From: Tetramitus jugosus
Lineage: Eukaryota; Protista; Heterolobosea
Length of the DNA: 64,000 bases
Assembly: GCA_937625935.1 (NCBI GenBank)
Contig: OW569368.1
Span: 62,001 to 126,000 of the forward strand
Reading direction: 5' to 3'
Both the position numbers and the translations under genes were made by a program. Shown here in pieces: positions 23,347-36,371 of the stretch. Positions within the stretch are counted from its first letter, which is position 1; each line of letters begins with the position of its first letter. The notes under the pieces were generated by a model. It did not search any database. It had not been told where the DNA came from and worked only from the letters and a program-made list of their open reading frames with translations.

Positions 23347-25248
23347 TTAGAAAACATACCGTAACCCACTCAACTTTTCTGCTAGAGCCGCATCAGGTTT
23401 GGCTTTATATTCCTTCAGCAGTTGTTTAAATCGATGCCTGTGGGGATTGAAATCTTCTGAAGCAGACACTCGCTTCAGGGTTGCCAAGGCACAAATTCCA
23501 TTCTTTTCCACTGGAAGATGATGTTCTTCCAATAGTTTCTTTAAAAACTCTACTGCTTCTTTTGACTCATGCAACTCTGGAGTCATACTCATACAATCAA
23601 TCATATGGCAACGATTTACGTCCGGTATCAGCACACCCCTGCTGTCTCCTCTGACTAGAATGCCTTTGTACTCTCCTATTAAGTAATCTGCATGTTCAAA
23701 CTTGAACTTCCTAATGGCATAGAGTACTGGGTTCTGTCTATTCTTCAGGAGTACGGAGAGTTTCATCTCGTTATCAAACCATCGGAACAGATCAACAGAT
23801 CTATATTTGATCAAATACTCAGCCAGATGGACACAGGTCCTCAACTTGTCCTTTCCAAAACGTATTCGAGCTAACAGCATGCATGTCTCGTCTGAAAATT
23901 GATCTGTGTGACTAATAACTGTGTCTAAAGCACGATTAGAAAACAACCTTGTATCGCCATTGAAGAGAGCCGTCTCAAACACAGGTACTCCATATGAGCT
24001 CAAATACCTCAAATATTTTCTTGTTTGGTCGAAATTCACAATTCCTTCAAACACGTTTGTATCAAAGATGAATGTATTCCTACCTACAACCATAGTGTCA
24101 GATGCATCAACAACCACTTCATCACATGACCTCTTCAATTTCTTCAACACTTTCTGTTTCAGTTTTTGCATGCTCATTTCTCCAGTAGGGTAGCAATAGT
24201 AGGAGAATCGAACGAGACGATTTGGGACTTTTGTGTTTTCTTCGTTCACAACGAGACTTGGAAGACCGATCGGAGGTGATGAAAAATTAAAGTTGACAAA
24301 TTCAATTGTCTCAAGTCTGGGGAACAAGACACCGACATCATCAGCATGCAGACCAGAATGCCACACAGGAGCGATCTCACCCCATGAGGGGAACAACCTC
24401 AAATATTTTACATTATCCAACAGGGAGCCAACAGACCAGATCTTCTTTCGATCGTTGATGGCGTTGAGATGTTCAAGTGATATAGTCAGTGTCATACAAT
24501 CATTGTCGTACAGCTTATTCAATCTACTGAAGCAATGCAAAAACTGATTTTCATCTTTCATTATATTAATAATGAATGGCTCCTCAATAAAGTTCAAGTG
24601 AGTAACCAGAGATCTCTGATGGAGGCACACTTGCCTCCAACTCTTTGAAACTCTACAAATAGTGGAGGAGTGATAGGGAGCAGCCGGCACAAAGCTAACA
24701 ATTCGACTCAATATGTCATAATTGACTTCCGTTTTACCCAAATTGGTAAAGAGCCTAAAGTGTTGTTGTGTTGCATTGGGCACCAACGATAGCTTGTGAT
24801 TATTTGACAAGGGAGCACCAGATGAGGCAGCTGCTCGATGATTTCTCTTTGAGTGCGACGATCGAAGTGATGCACCTTTTCTTGTGCACTTGTTGGTGGA
24901 GCTACCAATGGAGGCAGAAAAAGGTGCCCCTACAGTCGTGTCGGAAGCCGTCGCAGAAGTGAAACCGCCAAAAACAAAGGAAACTGCCGCCGGAGTGCTG
25001 TTGAGTGTGAACTCAATCAATGGTGGGGCCTTGTCTGTGCTTTCTTGACTCGTGTTATCATCAGAATTGGTTGTTGGTGTTTCTGATAATTCATTCGCTT
25101 GCTTCTTGTTGTTCAAGGATAACGAACCAAAGGAGAAAGTGTCATTGTCGTCGTATGCCACAGTAGGTTTGATGGTGAAGTCAAACACGGGTGCAGTCGT
25201 GCTGGGCAAGCCAAGATTATTTATGAAAACAAATTGGTCATCAGCCAT
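23347..25248 (-). CDS. F-box domain protein
   Basis: F-box-like segment YDILSRIVSFVP...TICRVSKSWRQV in a 633-aa intronless ORF. Confidence 0.65.
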   Translation of the reverse strand: MADDQFVFINNLGLPSTTAPVFDFTIKPTVAYDDNDTFSFGSLSLNNKKQANELSETPTTNSDDNTSQESTDKAPPLIEFTLNSTPAAVSFVFGGFTSATASDTTVGAPFSASIGSSTNKCTRKGASLRSSHSKRNHRAAASSGAPLSNNHKLSLVPNATQQHFRLFTNLGKTEVNYDILSRIVSFVPAAPYHSSTICRVSKSWRQVCLHQRSLVTHLNFIEEPFIINIMKDENQFLHCFSRLNKLYDNDCMTLTISLEHLNAINDRKKIWSVGSLLDNVKYLRLFPSWGEIAPVWHSGLHADDVGVLFPRLETIEFVNFNFSSPPIGLPSLVVNEENTKVPNRLVRFSYYCYPTGEMSMQKLKQKVLKKLKRSCDEVVVDASDTMVVGRNTFIFDTNVFEGIVNFDQTRKYLRYLSSYGVPVFETALFNGDTRLFSNRALDTVISHTDQFSDETCMLLARIRFGKDKLRTCVHLAEYLIKYRSVDLFRWFDNEMKLSVLLKNRQNPVLYAIRKFKFEHADYLIGEYKGILVRGDSRGVLIPDVNRCHMIDCMSMTPELHESKEAVEFLKKLLEEHHLPVEKNGICALATLKRVSASEDFNPHRHRFKQLLKEYKAKPDAALAEKLSGLRYVF

Positions 25249-25604
25249 GGTTGAGTTCTGATTTTGCTTTGATGTGGTTTTTTCGAGCAGAGAGAAAAAT
25301 ATTCTCGGATGAGTGTGGTTCCAGAGTGTCCTTGAACTACGACTCCCTTACAAAAAAAAGTCCAGATGGTCAACTGCGTCTCTTGCGACAATAGAAGATA
25401 ACTACATTCACAATAGGTTATCCATAAACACATAAACAAAGACTGATCGTTGGGTCCCGTTAAATAATTTCTCGGATTCAGCGTTCTTCGACAACAGCAA
25501 GTGCTTAGAAAGACCAAAATCAAAACACACGAGACACGTCTACTTGTACAGTGTATAAGTGAGAGTATTTATGATCATGATCGATGGATTAGATCGGTGC
25601 CTGT

Positions 25605-26717
25605 TCAGTAAAACAACTTCAGAACATCTGGGGCGACCATCTGAATTAGAACCTTATGTCTTTCGATCCATGGTCTCACCCTCTCACGACTACCCTCGTT
25701 CATATCTGGGACAACATGTCGACAGTATTCACCAACAAATGCAGGATGGTGAACCGAAATACAGTAGTTGTATGTATTTCCTGGGTGTGATCCTATTACA
25801 AACCCAAGTATATGTTGACCATCTATTGTGGTTACTGCTGAACCAGAGAATCCTGGGAACAAAGCACAGGTAATACTAAAGATTTGTGATTCATGAACTC
25901 TAGCGATAGTACCAATACTGCAACACTTGGTGTTAAAAGGAAACAGTTGATAGATGTACTCTTCTAGCGGTCTCTTGATCTTGTTAGGATACGAAAATTT
26001 AAGCCACTTGCTCACAGATTGTAGAGTAGGGTACCCAAATACAGCAATTTCCATCCCAACATCGATTGGCTTCTCATACGGCACAAGATACTCTATTGAA
26101 GGATAGGATAGTTGCCCCACTTTCATTATGCAGAAATCGTACTGAGTCAGAAGCCTTCTGGTTGGAGCTTCAGGGTCTCTGTCAATCCACTCTTTTCCGG
26201 TAGAGCTATCAAATATCTTTTGGTAGTGTATGAACTTCTGACGTTTGACTCTCGCTTCAGACGATTCTGCTAAGATTAGTGGTTGTAAAATCTTTTGCAC
26301 CAAATTTGGAGAAGTGTTTGTAACTAACTTCCTATCTCCTCGGGAGCTCTCTCCTACATGCTTCACTGTTCCAATGGTGTTGTAACTCAACCTGAAACTT
26401 GAGCATGCTCCTTCTAATATTCTTTCGTCAGGGGTTAAAATGTTGGAAGAAGTATTTAACACTCGATAGACTAAGGAATCCAGCTTATCTAAACGATCCT
26501 TGTTCTTCAAGAAGGACATTTTGGGAAATAATCTTTCATCAGGAGAGCGTGGACTACCAACGAGAAGCGTTTGGTTGTAAAAGGGAAACACACAACCCAA
26601 TGGAACCTGAGACGAATTGACCATCATTACCTCGTTTCCAGATAAATCCCATTCATACTGATCCATTGTGAGACTTATAAGCTCCTCTTCGGTATCAGAC
26701 GATGAATCATCGAACAT
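25605..26717 (-). CDS. Trypsin-like (PA clan) serine peptidase domain protein
   Basis: Candidate triad H (GTVKHV), D (QYDFCIMKV) and S (PGFSGSAV). First ATG at about 26717. Confidence 0.6.
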   Translation of the reverse strand: MFDDSSSDTEEELISLTMDQYEWDLSGNEVMMVNSSQVPLGCVFPFYNQTLLVGSPRSPDERLFPKMSFLKNKDRLDKLDSLVYRVLNTSSNILTPDERILEGACSSFRLSYNTIGTVKHVGESSRGDRKLVTNTSPNLVQKILQPLILAESSEARVKRQKFIHYQKIFDSSTGKEWIDRDPEAPTRRLLTQYDFCIMKVGQLSYPSIEYLVPYEKPIDVGMEIAVFGYPTLQSVSKWLKFSYPNKIKRPLEEYIYQLFPFNTKCCSIGTIARVHESQIFSITCALFPGFSGSAVTTIDGQHILGFVIGSHPGNTYNYCISVHHPAFVGEYCRHVVPDMNEGSRERVRPWIERHKVLIQMVAPDVLKLFY

Positions 26718-26794
26718 TGCTTCTTTTACGACAGCTTTTCTGGGAACAAGCAAAAACTTAGGAAATTATCGGCGAAATTCCTCAATCAAAAAAC

Positions 26795-28030
26795 ATGCAC
26801 ACTTCAATCTCTCAATTGCCTCCTGATGTTCTGATTGACATTTTCCATTACTTGGATCTGTTGTCTCTCGTTTGTCATGTACGTCTCGTGTGCTCTCAAT
26901 TTCAATCTCTGTGCTTTCAGAGACGTGATACCTTGAATGTTCGGTGCTGGGAAAGATTCAATTGGGGCTATCATGAGAAGGCATCTCTCAACAAGAATAG
27001 TCGAGGTCTCATGGTATTGAAACTTGTTGCTCTAAAGTGCAAGGAATCGAATTCTGATTCTCAGGGTCATTTCAAGCGATTGATATTGGACCGAAGTTTT
27101 GGATTGGCACGTTGTTTGCGAAATTCGACAATGTTTCATGAATTGTTTGATCTTGTGGGCAATGATTTGGAGTTGTTGAGTTTTAGAGGCTGTGTACAGA
27201 TCAATGATGCCACGCTTCAGCTGATTGCACAGTGTGATTTTGCAGCGAATCGCTTAAGGAGCTTGCATCTGTCTGGGAATCGCACCATTACGGATGAGGG
27301 CATACGGACGATATCGAATCATTGTTTCGAGCTGAGAGAGATTTATCTGCGAGGACTGTATCGATTGACTCACGTCTCTCTTAAGAGCTTATTAACTCAT
27401 TTGAGACACAAACTAGAGCGACTTGATTTGCATGGGATGAAGAGTGATATGAAGTTTAGTGATGTTATTCAGTTTACGAATTTAACTCATTTGAATGTTC
27501 AAGACGCATCATTCTTGGGAACAGATATAGAAGATGCACTTGGTAGTGTTACGATTGGACAATGCTTCTCTAATCTTCGTGTGTTGAACTTGATGGGATT
27601 GAACTCTGTTACAGATCAGACGGTGAAGGTTCTGTTCGATCATTGCGTCAATCTTCGTCACTTCGAAATTCAAAACAATACCACGATTACGGATGTCTCT
27701 TGCACGTATGTGAAGGGACTCGTTGTCTTGAACATGATATCATGTCCAGGAATCACTTCACAAGGCATCATCGCTCTCGCAAATAACAATCCAGATTTTG
27801 AACGCTTAGAGTTTAAGGCATTGAAGCAAATTGAGGAAGAGTCCATCTTGTATCTTTTGGATAATTGCTCCCAATTACATACTCTCAACTTGGCACAAAC
27901 CAACATGAGCAATCGAGTTTTAGAAGATGCACAGCAAAGAAAACAAATGAAATTGATCAATCTAACTCTTTGCACTGGCATGGTACCTGAATCTCTCGCC
28001 ACAGTCCATCGACTCAACACTGAAGTTTGA
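26795..28030 (+). CDS. F-box/leucine-rich repeat protein (FBXL type)
   Basis: N-terminal LPPDVLIDIFHYL...VRLVCSQF F-box, followed by LxxLxLxxCxxITD-type repeats. Confidence 0.9.
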   Translation: MHTSISQLPPDVLIDIFHYLDLLSLVCHVRLVCSQFQSLCFQRRDTLNVRCWERFNWGYHEKASLNKNSRGLMVLKLVALKCKESNSDSQGHFKRLILDRSFGLARCLRNSTMFHELFDLVGNDLELLSFRGCVQINDATLQLIAQCDFAANRLRSLHLSGNRTITDEGIRTISNHCFELREIYLRGLYRLTHVSLKSLLTHLRHKLERLDLHGMKSDMKFSDVIQFTNLTHLNVQDASFLGTDIEDALGSVTIGQCFSNLRVLNLMGLNSVTDQTVKVLFDHCVNLRHFEIQNNTTITDVSCTYVKGLVVLNMISCPGITSQGIIALANNNPDFERLEFKALKQIEEESILYLLDNCSQLHTLNLAQTNMSNRVLEDAQQRKQMKLINLTLCTGMVPESLATVHRLNTEV

Positions 28031-28187
28031 GTGACGCACTGCGCACCATTGTATTGTAATATTTATTCCTAATTCCTACTCAAATGACCACCATTCATTG
28101 CTTCTTCTGCTTGGACATCACTTAAAAAAATTTTCGGAATTGTTGATGTCAGCCAAACAAAAAAGCCTTGACAAAAACACGTGCAAA

Positions 28188-29783
28188 ATGCTACTTCGCC
28201 AACAACACAAACACCTGATCTTGAAAGCCTTGTGTAGTCAGAAACAACCAACCTTCTTGTTTTCCACGACTAGACATCGATCCCTTCATCAAACACATGC
28301 CAAGTGTTTTGAGAGTTATCCCACCAAAGGAACCATCTTTCGCACCCAGGATCAAGATGACAACAACACACAGGACACCACCACTGTTCAGGAGCCCATT
28401 GATGAGAGAACAAAGTTGATTGCAGATCGGTTACTTTCCGGTGATCGGAGCGCGCTGAGCAAGGCCATTACAATGATTGAGAGTAAGCGCTATGAAGATC
28501 ACACGAAGGCTCAATCCCTGTTGCAATATGTCATGAGAGAGTATCATTCGTTGGAGAATAAGGCACGAAGAACACATAGAGCTCAATCCCATGAGCATCA
28601 TTATCAGCCCTATTATCAAGCTCCATCGTCATCATCGTCATTGACATCTGCGGTAGTGTCTGGTAAACAACAAGAAACAGAACAGGTGACTGCTGTTGTT
28701 GATAGTAGTAGTAGTAAGAGTAAGGATCCTGCGCGCGATCATTTTGATGAGGGTGATTTGGGTTCGTTCCGTATTGGTGTTTCTGGTCCCCCTGGTGCAG
28801 GTAATTTATATATTTTTAAATTGATCATTGTTTGTTTCGAGTGAGCTTCCGCATGAGCTAATTGACGTATGTATATAGGTAAATCAACGTTCATTGAATG
28901 CTTGGGTCAGTTGTTGATTCAAAAGGGGCATCGCGTCGCTGTGTTGGCCGTAGATCCCAGCTCGACAAGAACTGGTGGTAGTATTTTGGGTGATAAGACG
29001 CGTATGAATGAGCTTGCAAGGAGTGAGAATGCGTTTGTGAGACCATCTCCCTCACAAGGCTTCCTGGGTGGTGTCACAGCCAACATGTATGAAATTATCT
29101 TGCTATGCGAGTGTGCTGGTTATGATAGAGTGTTGGTAGAGACTGTTGGTGTGGGTCAGAGTGAGACACAAGTGGCCGATTTGACCGATATGGTTTTATT
29201 GCTTGTTCCACCAGCTGGAGGCGATGAACTGCAGGGTATTAAGAGAGGTATTGTGGAAGTAGCGGACTTGATTGTTGTGAACAAGACCGATGGTAATTTG
29301 ATTCCTGTGGCCAAGCGAAGTCAACGGGAATATCAAAGGGCGCTGCATTTGCTGTCTCCTCCTCCGTTGGTGTTTGAAAAGGATGATCCATTCCTACGAG
29401 GTAAAGACCTCAGCTCATTGAAGCCTTGGTATCCTGATGTTATGTGTTGCAGTTCCTCTCAGCATGTCAATTTCCCATTTGGCGAATTGGGAGAGGAAGG
29501 TAAGTTTGTTGTATCTCATGTGATGGACAAGATGAATGAATACAAGCAGCATCAACAAGAGAATGGTCAATGGTTCCACAGAAGAAAAGAACAGAGAAAA
29601 GGATGGCTATGGAAGCAAGTACACGAAGATTTGGTCACAAGGCTCACTCACCACAATGATCGACTCAAGAATCTGGTGAAGGACTTGCAGAACCGTGTGG
29701 GAGAAGGTGTATTGTCGCCTCGTCTGGCTTCAGAACAAATATTGAAGGAGTTTGTAGCATCAGAGCAACAAAAGAGCAAGTAA
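28188..29783 (+). CDS. MMAA: MMAA/MeaB GTPase (methylmalonyl-CoA mutase chaperone), mitochondrial, 2 exons
   Basis: GVSGPPGAG|KST spans intron 28801-28878. Motifs [31 protein letters not shown] and VNKTD; basic presequence-like N-terminus. Confidence 0.93.
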
Positions 29784-29883
29784 CAGCCAATAAACTACAA
29801 GCTGTGTTGCACCGTAAAAAACCCACATTTATAGTAAATGATTAAAAAATAGTGCACTTGTGCGAAGTTAAACTTAAGATTGT

Positions 29884-30423
<540 letters not shown>

Positions 30424-30805
30424 CTAATACTTTGTAAAATGCTTTCTTCTTCTGCTAAAGATTTGTTTGTTTTCTCTTCTCAGTGTGGATGACCAGACAG
30501 GCTTTTTATGCCCATACGGCAGAGTGAGGCTTCTCTTCAAAAATAACATGTGCCAGATTGACCATCATTTGTTACGCAAACACAGACTCGTGTCTTGATC
30601 TGCCAGGTCACTACACAAACAGTGTTCCAACCGGAAAAATAAAAAAACTACGTCAATGATCAAAATTCCGATGACCACGCGTCTCATTGTATTGAGAACC
30701 TCCAAAAAAACCACTGTAAGGAAAGTTTCCAAGTTGCGCTGTCGTTGGTAGACTGGACAAAAATCTTTCAGATAATGAAATACATTTACTACAACTACAA
30801 TGAAA

Positions 30806-33013
30806 TTAGTATGAATCACTGTCGTCGGATTCATCGTCAGATTCATCGGATTCATAACGAGAAACCTTCTTGCCACTTGAGGAGCTACCAGTCTTCAGCG
30901 TTCTCAACTTCTTTAAAAAGTCACGTGGTGTTAATACACTTGTGGCTCCGAGGTGCACATCCATCTTGTACTGGTTGTCCAACTCGTATGCAGCTCTAAT
31001 TTCAGAATGAGTGGCTCCACCAATCATAAAGATAAAGAGCTTCTTTTCGGATCGATTCTCGTCCACTTCCTTTTTTTCTTCAGTCTTTTTGGATGATGAG
31101 GAAGAAGACTTCTTCTTCTTGTTCCATGATGGGCCACTGTTGTCCAGACCAGAGATGGAGTCATCTTCGTCATCATTCTTTGACTTGCTACTCTTGGATG
31201 ACTTGCCCTTGACGAACTCGAACTTGCCAGAGGATGGCTCTCTAACGTATGGGAACTCGCTAGTACTCAATGAGCCATTAATGCAATCTTCACCAATCTC
31301 CTTAACCTTTGTAACATAACGAGACAAGTGATAATCGACATCAACCTTCTTCTTGCTGCTAGAGCCAAACAACTTGTTGATTGCCTTTGAAGTAAATGAT
31401 TTGGTCAACTGAACACCCAAAAGACTCAAATTATTGATAATTTGCTCCTCTGAGCTACTCATGTCAGCAAATTTCAACACCTTGTCCTTCTTGCTGTCAC
31501 CTTGAGTAATCAAGTAAATCATGACTAGTCTCAGCTTGGTTTCGTCACTCGTGTCAGGACTCTTCAAAATGGGACTAATGTTCGAGAGAACATCCTTCAA
31601 CTTTTGATGATCCGGATCTTCTCCGACAGCCATATTCTGTTCTTCCAGTGCAACCTTGCTCAAATTTTGAGCCTTGAAAGCACTCAACAGATTGACAATC
31701 AAATTGAGATGGAGAGAGAATTGTGACAGTCTTCCCTGGTATTGAGGCAACTTTCGGATCATGTTTGAAATATCGGCGGCTTCCTTCTTTGCGTCCTTCT
31801 TATCCTTATCTGTAATGTCCTTGTGCTGTCCCAGGAACTCATCAAACTGTGCCTTGACTGTGGTACCCAACTCTGCAAAGTGACGATGTCTGTGCTCCAC
31901 CCACAAATCATCATACTCATCCAAACTGTGCTTCTTTCCAGTTTTCTTGCCCTTGGCGTCCAACTCCTCATACATGCCCAACGAGTCAATACTGGTCAAA
32001 TCAGATGCCATTGCCTGATAGGTAAACTCATGGAGCAACGGTGCCAAACAATCTACACCTCGATCCAGAATAATCAACACTGACTTCTTCTTTGTCATAC
32101 CAGTCAATCCCTTCTTTGCCTTTTCCAATTTGTCATTTAGCATACTGGCGACTGTGGTAGCGACTTCGGATTTGCAGTGACGAATATAGGGCATGTGGCC
32201 CTCGGTGGCACAAAAAGAGACAAGTTTCTCTGCCAATTCGGAGCAATAAACCTTTCTGTTCGCTTCTCCATATGTCATTTGCAAATCGTTCGAATAATTC
32301 AACGTAAAACAGTTTCTTTCAATCGCCAAAAAGTCAATATTCACTTCCTTTAGTGTTTTGATGCGCGGTTTCAATGGTGAACTCGCAATTCTCGACAACA
32401 ACTCATCACTCATTGGTGCAGTTGACAAAATATGAGCAAATGCGTACATGGGCTTCTTCATATCGGAAAAATCCTTGATAATGGCATCGACACTTGATTG
32501 AAGAGGCGAAATAAAATAAATGGCTTCCATTTGTGGGAACGGTTGACGAGAAATGCTCAATTTTTCAACAACTACAATCACATATCATCATTATGCGTCA
32601 CGTGTGTTAGTTAGCGAATGATCATCATCATCACTCATTTTTCAACTCTAAAAAAAAATATCACACGTTGAACACATACTTGTAATATTCTTTTGCATAA
32701 TGTCTCTGACACGACATGCCGTGCTAATGATTTTGAGTGACTTGTCATCAACAACGAGAACTTTCCATCCTTCTGATGCCTTTGAAAACTCGTCAAACAA
32801 GCCAATGAGTCTACCTCTAACGAGATCACGAATCGAAGAGGAAGCGACCAAGCTGTTTGATGATGAAGAAGAGCTCTTGTCTTTGCTTCGACTGCTGCTG
32901 CTGCTCTTTTTTTTTCTATCCTTCTTGTCCTTGTCTTTGCTGCTACTACTGCTGCTGCTACTCTTCTTTTTGTCTCTTGAAGAAGATGATGATGATGACG
33001 ATGATGATGACAT
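30806..33013 (-). CDS. SEC1: Sec1/Munc18 (SM) protein, 2 exons
   Basis: WKVLVVD, MEAIYFISP, LIILDRGVDCLAPLLHEFTYQAM and FMIGGATHSEIR; intron 32679-32572. Confidence 0.92.
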
Positions 33014-33305
33014 TGTCTGATGAATGATGTTTTTTTTTATGTTCAGTTGATTTTCCTTCAGTGTTCTTTGCGCGATGAACAGATACTTTTCTTTTGGCGC
33101 TTTTTTTGGGATTTAGTCCGATGAGTTCCTCGGAGAATCACGTCCATGATCCTTCGTGAACCTTTACCCGTTCAAACAACTCTCCGTTGGACAAATAGGG
33201 GTGGCGAGTGGTTGTGTCGGGTCAAGTGCTGAGTCGCACTCGAAACAATACTTTGAATCAACAATAATATCTCTGAGCGCAGCAGCATCTCAGGTACGTA
33301 CATTG

Positions 33306-34916
33306 ATGAGCAGTAACAACAAGAGCTATAACCAAAACAACAACAATAGCAACAATAGCAACAGCAGCACAACAGCCTCCAATCACAACAACCATAGCAA
33401 GGCAGTCAAACCACCAGACTTTTACCAATTTCATCTCAAGGTCAACACTGATGGATCTGTGGAGAATGTGAGTGATGCACCAGCGTGTCATCATTGTCGA
33501 TGTGCCAAAATTGCTTGTGATCGAAAAAGACCGTGCCGTACATGCGTACGAAAGGATCGACCTTGTTTCGATTATGATCCCAGTCTTGTGAACAATAACA
33601 AGAAGGATCCTCGAGGCAGTAGTGGTAGTGGTAGCAAACAAAAGTCAAAAACAACAAAAAGGACAGCACAAAGTTCCTCCACTGGTGATGCCATTCATGC
33701 CTCTATCAGTGGCAGTAGTGCAAGCAGTGATGTTGGGCATGCACTTAACACTTCAGTGTCTTCAACTGCGTCGCAATTTCCTGTGGAGAATGACCATCAG
33801 AGTACCATTTCATTTCCAACAGCAATGGAACTGCATGCACCTCAAAGTCGATCACTACTATCGCACTCGGAACTGTTTTCCATGCCTACAATGGACGTGA
33901 CTGGATCATCTGTCGCTGACTCTGTAGCTCAGCAGCAGTTACGGCCCATTATCTCCAGCTTTGAGAGTGGGTCAACAAGACTGGATGATCACTATGCCAA
34001 TGAGCATGCAAATAAGAGAACAAGATTGAATCAAGGTGGCTATATTTCTCATGGAGTATCTTCAACTTTCCCTGCGACAGCCTCATCATTTTCTTCTTCA
34101 GTTTCGAACCATTCCGGTGACAGTATGAACTATACGTCTGTTGCCGATACGGTTCAATCTCAACAACTTGAATTGTTGAAGCAAGAGGTTGCATTGCTTC
34201 AATTTCAATTGAAACAGGAGATGGCAAAATCTGAGAAACTGCGATTGGAAGAACTAAAGTTAAGAATAGGGGAGGAAATCGATCTGTATGCACGATGGCT
34301 GATTGGTGGTTCGGTGCCTCGAGTGAAACTTACGGTTGATTTGTGGAATCCACCAGTTGATCCATCAAAAGGAATCATTATTTGTTCTTCATCGTGGACA
34401 TTGATTGGTTGCAATCAGACACTGAGAGACTTGGGATCATATAGTTTAAGTGAACTACAAGATAATTTTGATGGAAGTTTTTTAGCAGCAAGAAGTGTGG
34501 CACCCATGTGGAAACCATTAGTCTCATTGCTGATGCTATCCATGGTGAAGAACTTTAAGAGGCAATCATACTTTGGTACAAAAGATGGACAATCGATATG
34601 TGTCTCGGTGGACATTAGCCTCCATCGATCATTCTTCTGGGCCGAGTTAACTCCTACCGACCACTTGGATGATCAAGTGATTTTGGATGATGTGGTGATA
34701 TCTAGAACGTACAGAATTCCAGTGAGCGAAGCTCATGCACACAGTACATCCATTAATCCTCGGAAATCATTCATTCGAATGCTCGATGCTCTGAGTGCAT
34801 ATTCCTCGAGAGTCGCTTATCAAGACGATCGAGAAAAACAAGAAACAATCTTGCGACAAATAAGAGTGTTGGCTTTAGGTGTAAATCCGGATAACTCCTC
34901 CTCTGAATCTTCGTGA
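33306..34916 (+). CDS. Zn(II)2Cys6 binuclear-cluster transcription factor with coiled coil and C-terminal PAS-like region
   Basis: ACHHCRCAKIACDRKRPCRTCVRKDRPC fits CX2CX6CX5CX2CX6C. GIIICSSSWTLIGCNQTLRDLGSYSLSEL resembles the start of a PAS fold. Confidence 0.8.
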   Translation: MSSNNKSYNQNNNNSNNSNSSTTASNHNNHSKAVKPPDFYQFHLKVNTDGSVENVSDAPACHHCRCAKIACDRKRPCRTCVRKDRPCFDYDPSLVNNNKKDPRGSSGSGSKQKSKTTKRTAQSSSTGDAIHASISGSSASSDVGHALNTSVSSTASQFPVENDHQSTISFPTAMELHAPQSRSLLSHSELFSMPTMDVTGSSVADSVAQQQLRPIISSFESGSTRLDDHYANEHANKRTRLNQGGYISHGVSSTFPATASSFSSSVSNHSGDSMNYTSVADTVQSQQLELLKQEVALLQFQLKQEMAKSEKLRLEELKLRIGEEIDLYARWLIGGSVPRVKLTVDLWNPPVDPSKGIIICSSSWTLIGCNQTLRDLGSYSLSELQDNFDGSFLAARSVAPMWKPLVSLLMLSMVKNFKRQSYFGTKDGQSICVSVDISLHRSFFWAELTPTDHLDDQVILDDVVISRTYRIPVSEAHAHSTSINPRKSFIRMLDALSAYSSRVAYQDDREKQETILRQIRVLALGVNPDNSSSESS

Positions 34917-35089
34917 AGCAACAATGGTGAGACAATCAAGAAGAACTTCACAACTCCTTTAATTTATTATTATTGTAAAACTTATTGTAACTTATTAAGA
35001 TTCTAAAAAACTTTTTATTTAGTCTGGTTGAGGATCTCTTCAAGTTCCTTCATATCTTTCAAGGATTTCCTTCAAAAAAAATTATTAGA

Positions 35090-35987
35090 TTACAACTTGT
35101 TCTTGACATCCTTCATCTTATAATCATCGGTAATGTGAGGAGCAGTGCTGAGTTGCAACAAAGTGTAAATGGCCAAACCACCAAAGAAGACCAACAAAAA
35201 TCCGACAAGGGTTCCACCAGTGACAGCACCATCGGTCAACAAAGTGTTCACAAAGGTGTCATTGCCCGATGTGGCAGCAACTGGTGTAATAATGGTTTCG
35301 TGCATCTTCATATGAGTGTGAACAGCAATTGGCACTTCGGAACGAGCAGCCATAACAATCACATTGACAGGTGCAGAGAGCTTGCTGACTTCAGCGTGAA
35401 CAGCTTGAACAACATCGTCCAATTGCATCAAATTCTTTCCACCATCAATCAAATAAAACTCGTCAGTATTGAGAGCAATGGATGAAATTTCAGAGAGAGA
35501 ATTCAACTTTTGTGAATTGGTTTGATCAAAGATTTGCAATTGAGAGGTTTCACAGTATGGATAGACCTCTGATGGACTGGAAGACAAAACAGATCTCAAT
35601 GTTGGGAAAACGTTGGATGGATTCATGTCATAAGCACCTGATAGTTGCAAGAATTTTTCAGTCGCCATCTGTGCACACAACAAGAAATATTTTCGAGTTA
35701 GCTTTCATTTTTCCGACAAAATATACTCCGCGCAGTCGCTGTAAACAAAAAAGAAAACATACATTGTTTTGCACAATGACAATCTTTGGTCCAGCAATGC
35801 TCAAAAATGGGACTTGTCCCTCATGATTGCAATTCTTAAAATGTCTGTATACGTTGTCACCTCTTACTTGACCATTCACAGTCCACATAAACAGAGGACT
35901 GGTTGATGTGATTGTCTCGGTTTGGATAGACGCAGCAATCAAACCCAACAATACAAGGCAAGCATAAATCACTATAGTTGTTTTCAT
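35090..35987 (-). CDS. V-ATPase accessory subunit Ac45/Voa1-like type I membrane protein, 2 exons
   Basis: Signal peptide plus SPLFMW in exon 1 (ATG 35987). C-terminal TM GTLVGFLLVFFGGLAIYTLLQL with a short tail resembles the Ac45/VOA1 TM region. Confidence 0.55.
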
Positions 35988-36371
35988 TTTGTGCGTGTTT
36001 TTTTTCAAGCGTTGTTTTTTTGTGTTTTCGTTGAAATTGCTCCGGTTTGGTGTGAATTGGATTTGATTTTTTTTGCATCGGAGTAGGTTCTGTTCGCCCG
36101 CCAATTACAACAGAGAACTTTACAATTGGAAGCTCAAAGTATCTGTGAGTAGGGGTAATTTGGATGCCGGTGAAATCTTGATTGAAAAGGGAGAAATTTA
36201 CAACTTGTTGATTGGCGGCTTGTCTCATCAAACATCTAGTTTGTGTTGTGGCGAACTGGATTGACAGTGCACGAACGAAATCACCGAATCCAAAAACAAC
36301 ACAACAATCAAAATCGCTCACAGCACCACCATAACTACTACTACAACACTCACTCGTAAGACAACAACAAA

